From: Octopus bimaculoides
Lineage: Eukaryota
Reading direction: 5' to 3'
DNA length: 35,351 nucleotides
NCBI RefSeq assembly: GCF_001194135.2
Contig: NC_069006.1
Location: 19,933,914 to 19,969,264 of the forward strand
Under the pieces are notes generated by a model. That model saw only the letters and a program-made list of their open reading frames with translations, was not told where the DNA came from and did not search any database. Shown here one piece after another: positions 35,001 to 35,351 of the stretch. Both the position numbers and the translations under genes were made by a program. How positions within the stretch are numbered: position 1 is the stretch's first letter; each line of letters opens with the position of its first letter.

Positions 35001-35333
35001 TTACATTTTGAGTTCAAATTCTGCCGAGGCTGATTTTGCCTTTCATCCATTCTGGGTCAATAAATTAAGTACCAGTTGCATACTGGGGTTGATCTAATCG
35101 ACTGGCCCCCTTCCAAAAAATTTTGGGCCTTTTACCTAGAGTAGAAAGAATAATGATAATAATAATAATGATGATGATGATGAGAATGTTCAGTGTCTTG
35201 ACTTTTGATCATTTCTCTTTGTGTTGCAGGTCAAATTCAAATTGGTCCAGATTTCCTTCAGTCTTCATTCTCAATATTGGAAGACCAGCCCGTGGATATG
35301 TTGTTAGGGCTGGACATGCTTCGACGGCATCAG
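25007..35333 (+). CDS. DDI2: DDI1/DDI2-family protein (UBL + helical domain + retroviral-like aspartic protease), 3'-partial; join(25007..25310,32393..32620,32979..33105,34074..34201,34754..34882,35230..35333)
   Basis: Phases 1,1,2,1,1,0 are consistent. [33 protein letters not shown], linker motif [32 protein letters not shown], protease [70 protein letters not shown] and [11 protein letters not shown]. An invertebrate single-copy co-orthologue of vertebrate DDI1/DDI2 is assumed. Confidence 0.96.
27303..27470. mobile_element. Degenerate TA|CCGTATTT-type Tc1/mariner-superfamily MITE
   Basis: TA|ccgtattttctcgtatataagttgcacc. It shares tcaagtataaaatagtg with 31637-31792. Confidence 0.55.
27880..28350 (-). 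mobile_element. Family A SINE with an internal triplication
   Basis: Same head and tail as 23365-23727, with three 55-57-bp units at 28034, 28089 and 28146. Confidence 0.85.
29355..29498. mobile_element. Short palindromic element with ggacaattaccc subterminal repeats
   Basis: aggacatttacccc and ggacaattacccctgaggacaac on the left are mirrored by gttgtcctaccagggtaattgtcct on the right. Confidence 0.55.
31637..31792. mobile_element. Second copy of the same MITE family
   Basis: TIRs ctatatttactagtgtataagtcaca / tgctacttatacacaaataaatacag (21/26), preceded by TA. Confidence 0.6.
32393..32620 (+). CDS. DDI2: DDI exon, linker and start of helical domain
   Basis: Poly-T acceptor ...cccctttcag, [15 protein letters not shown]...[13 protein letters not shown], donor G|GTATGG. 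Confidence 0.93.
32670..32891. mobile_element. Older copy of the 13547-13767 MITE in a DDI intron
   Basis: ctctttagcatttaaactggtcatgccaggccaaaatat ... aaagttaa; same length and interior similarity. Confidence 0.7.
32979..33105 (+). CDS. DDI2: DDI exon, helical domain
   Basis: [43 protein letters not shown]; tttgcag acceptor, CG|GTAAGT donor. Confidence 0.93.
33175..33610 (+). mobile_element. Family D element with (GAT)n tail (related pieces at about 15080-15450, 16620-16690, 17945-18075, 18960-19190, 30880-30930)
   Basis: ggaaggg.atccagct.tagaaac...ccaacccatgccag.atggaaa.cgga.attaaatgatgatgat recurs. SINE or LINE 3' end. Confidence 0.7.
34074..34201 (+). CDS. DDI2: DDI exon, protease N-half up to catalytic D-S-G
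   Basis: [42 protein letters not shown](G); G|GTAACA donor. Confidence 0.95.
34266..34470 (+). mobile_element. Young family B SINE (other copies at about 8890-9013 -, 9325-9455 -, 12795-13000 -, 13035-13250 -, 18085-18185 -, 29960-30172 +, 30190-30400 +, 31005-31215 -, 34976-35150 +)
   Basis: gggcgaaatgcttagcggtatttcgtc...gtcgactttgcctttcatcctttcggggtcgataaattaagtaccag. The centre resembles the Meta-type SINE domain as recalled, not verified. Confidence 0.85.
34754..34882 (+). CDS. DDI2: DDI exon, protease core
   Basis: (G)[42 protein letters not shown]; G|GTGAGT donor. Confidence 0.95.
35230..35333 (+). CDS. DDI2: DDI exon, protease C-half
   Basis: [35 protein letters not shown]; CAG|GTGTGT donor. 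Confidence 0.93.
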
Positions 35334-35351
35334 GTGTGTATATATGTATAT

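Noticed and set aside
34074-35333. Retrotransposon aspartic protease
   Set aside because: Split by spliceosomal introns, preceded by UBL and HDD exons, and nearly identical to cellular DDI motifs. No gag, RT or LTR.

Overview
AT-rich, microsatellite- and SINE-dense animal genomic DNA with GT-AG introns and six N-gaps. The repeat families suggest an Octopus genome (inference from memory). Three spliced protein-coding genes can be reconstructed by hand with consistent intron phases. (1) A complete 4-exon, 146-aa secreted protein with two CBM14/peritrophin-A chitin-binding domains (+, 2748-7169). (2) A ZNHIT3/Hit1 orthologue (-, 12324-17072, start exon unresolved) in which one 1263-nt exon inserts about 400 aa of acidic, 10-aa-repeat-built sequence between the zf-HIT finger and the conserved C-terminal domain. 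(3) The first six coding exons of a DDI1/DDI2 UBL-aspartic protease gene (+, 25007-35333, continuing past the window). The rest is at least four SINE families, several MITEs, a mariner remnant and a CR1/L2-like LINE remnant. The most unusual item is the repeat-expanded ZNHIT3. A hairpin-rich stretch at 19384-19736 is a weaker ncRNA candidate. No prokaryotic-type system or CRISPR array is present.
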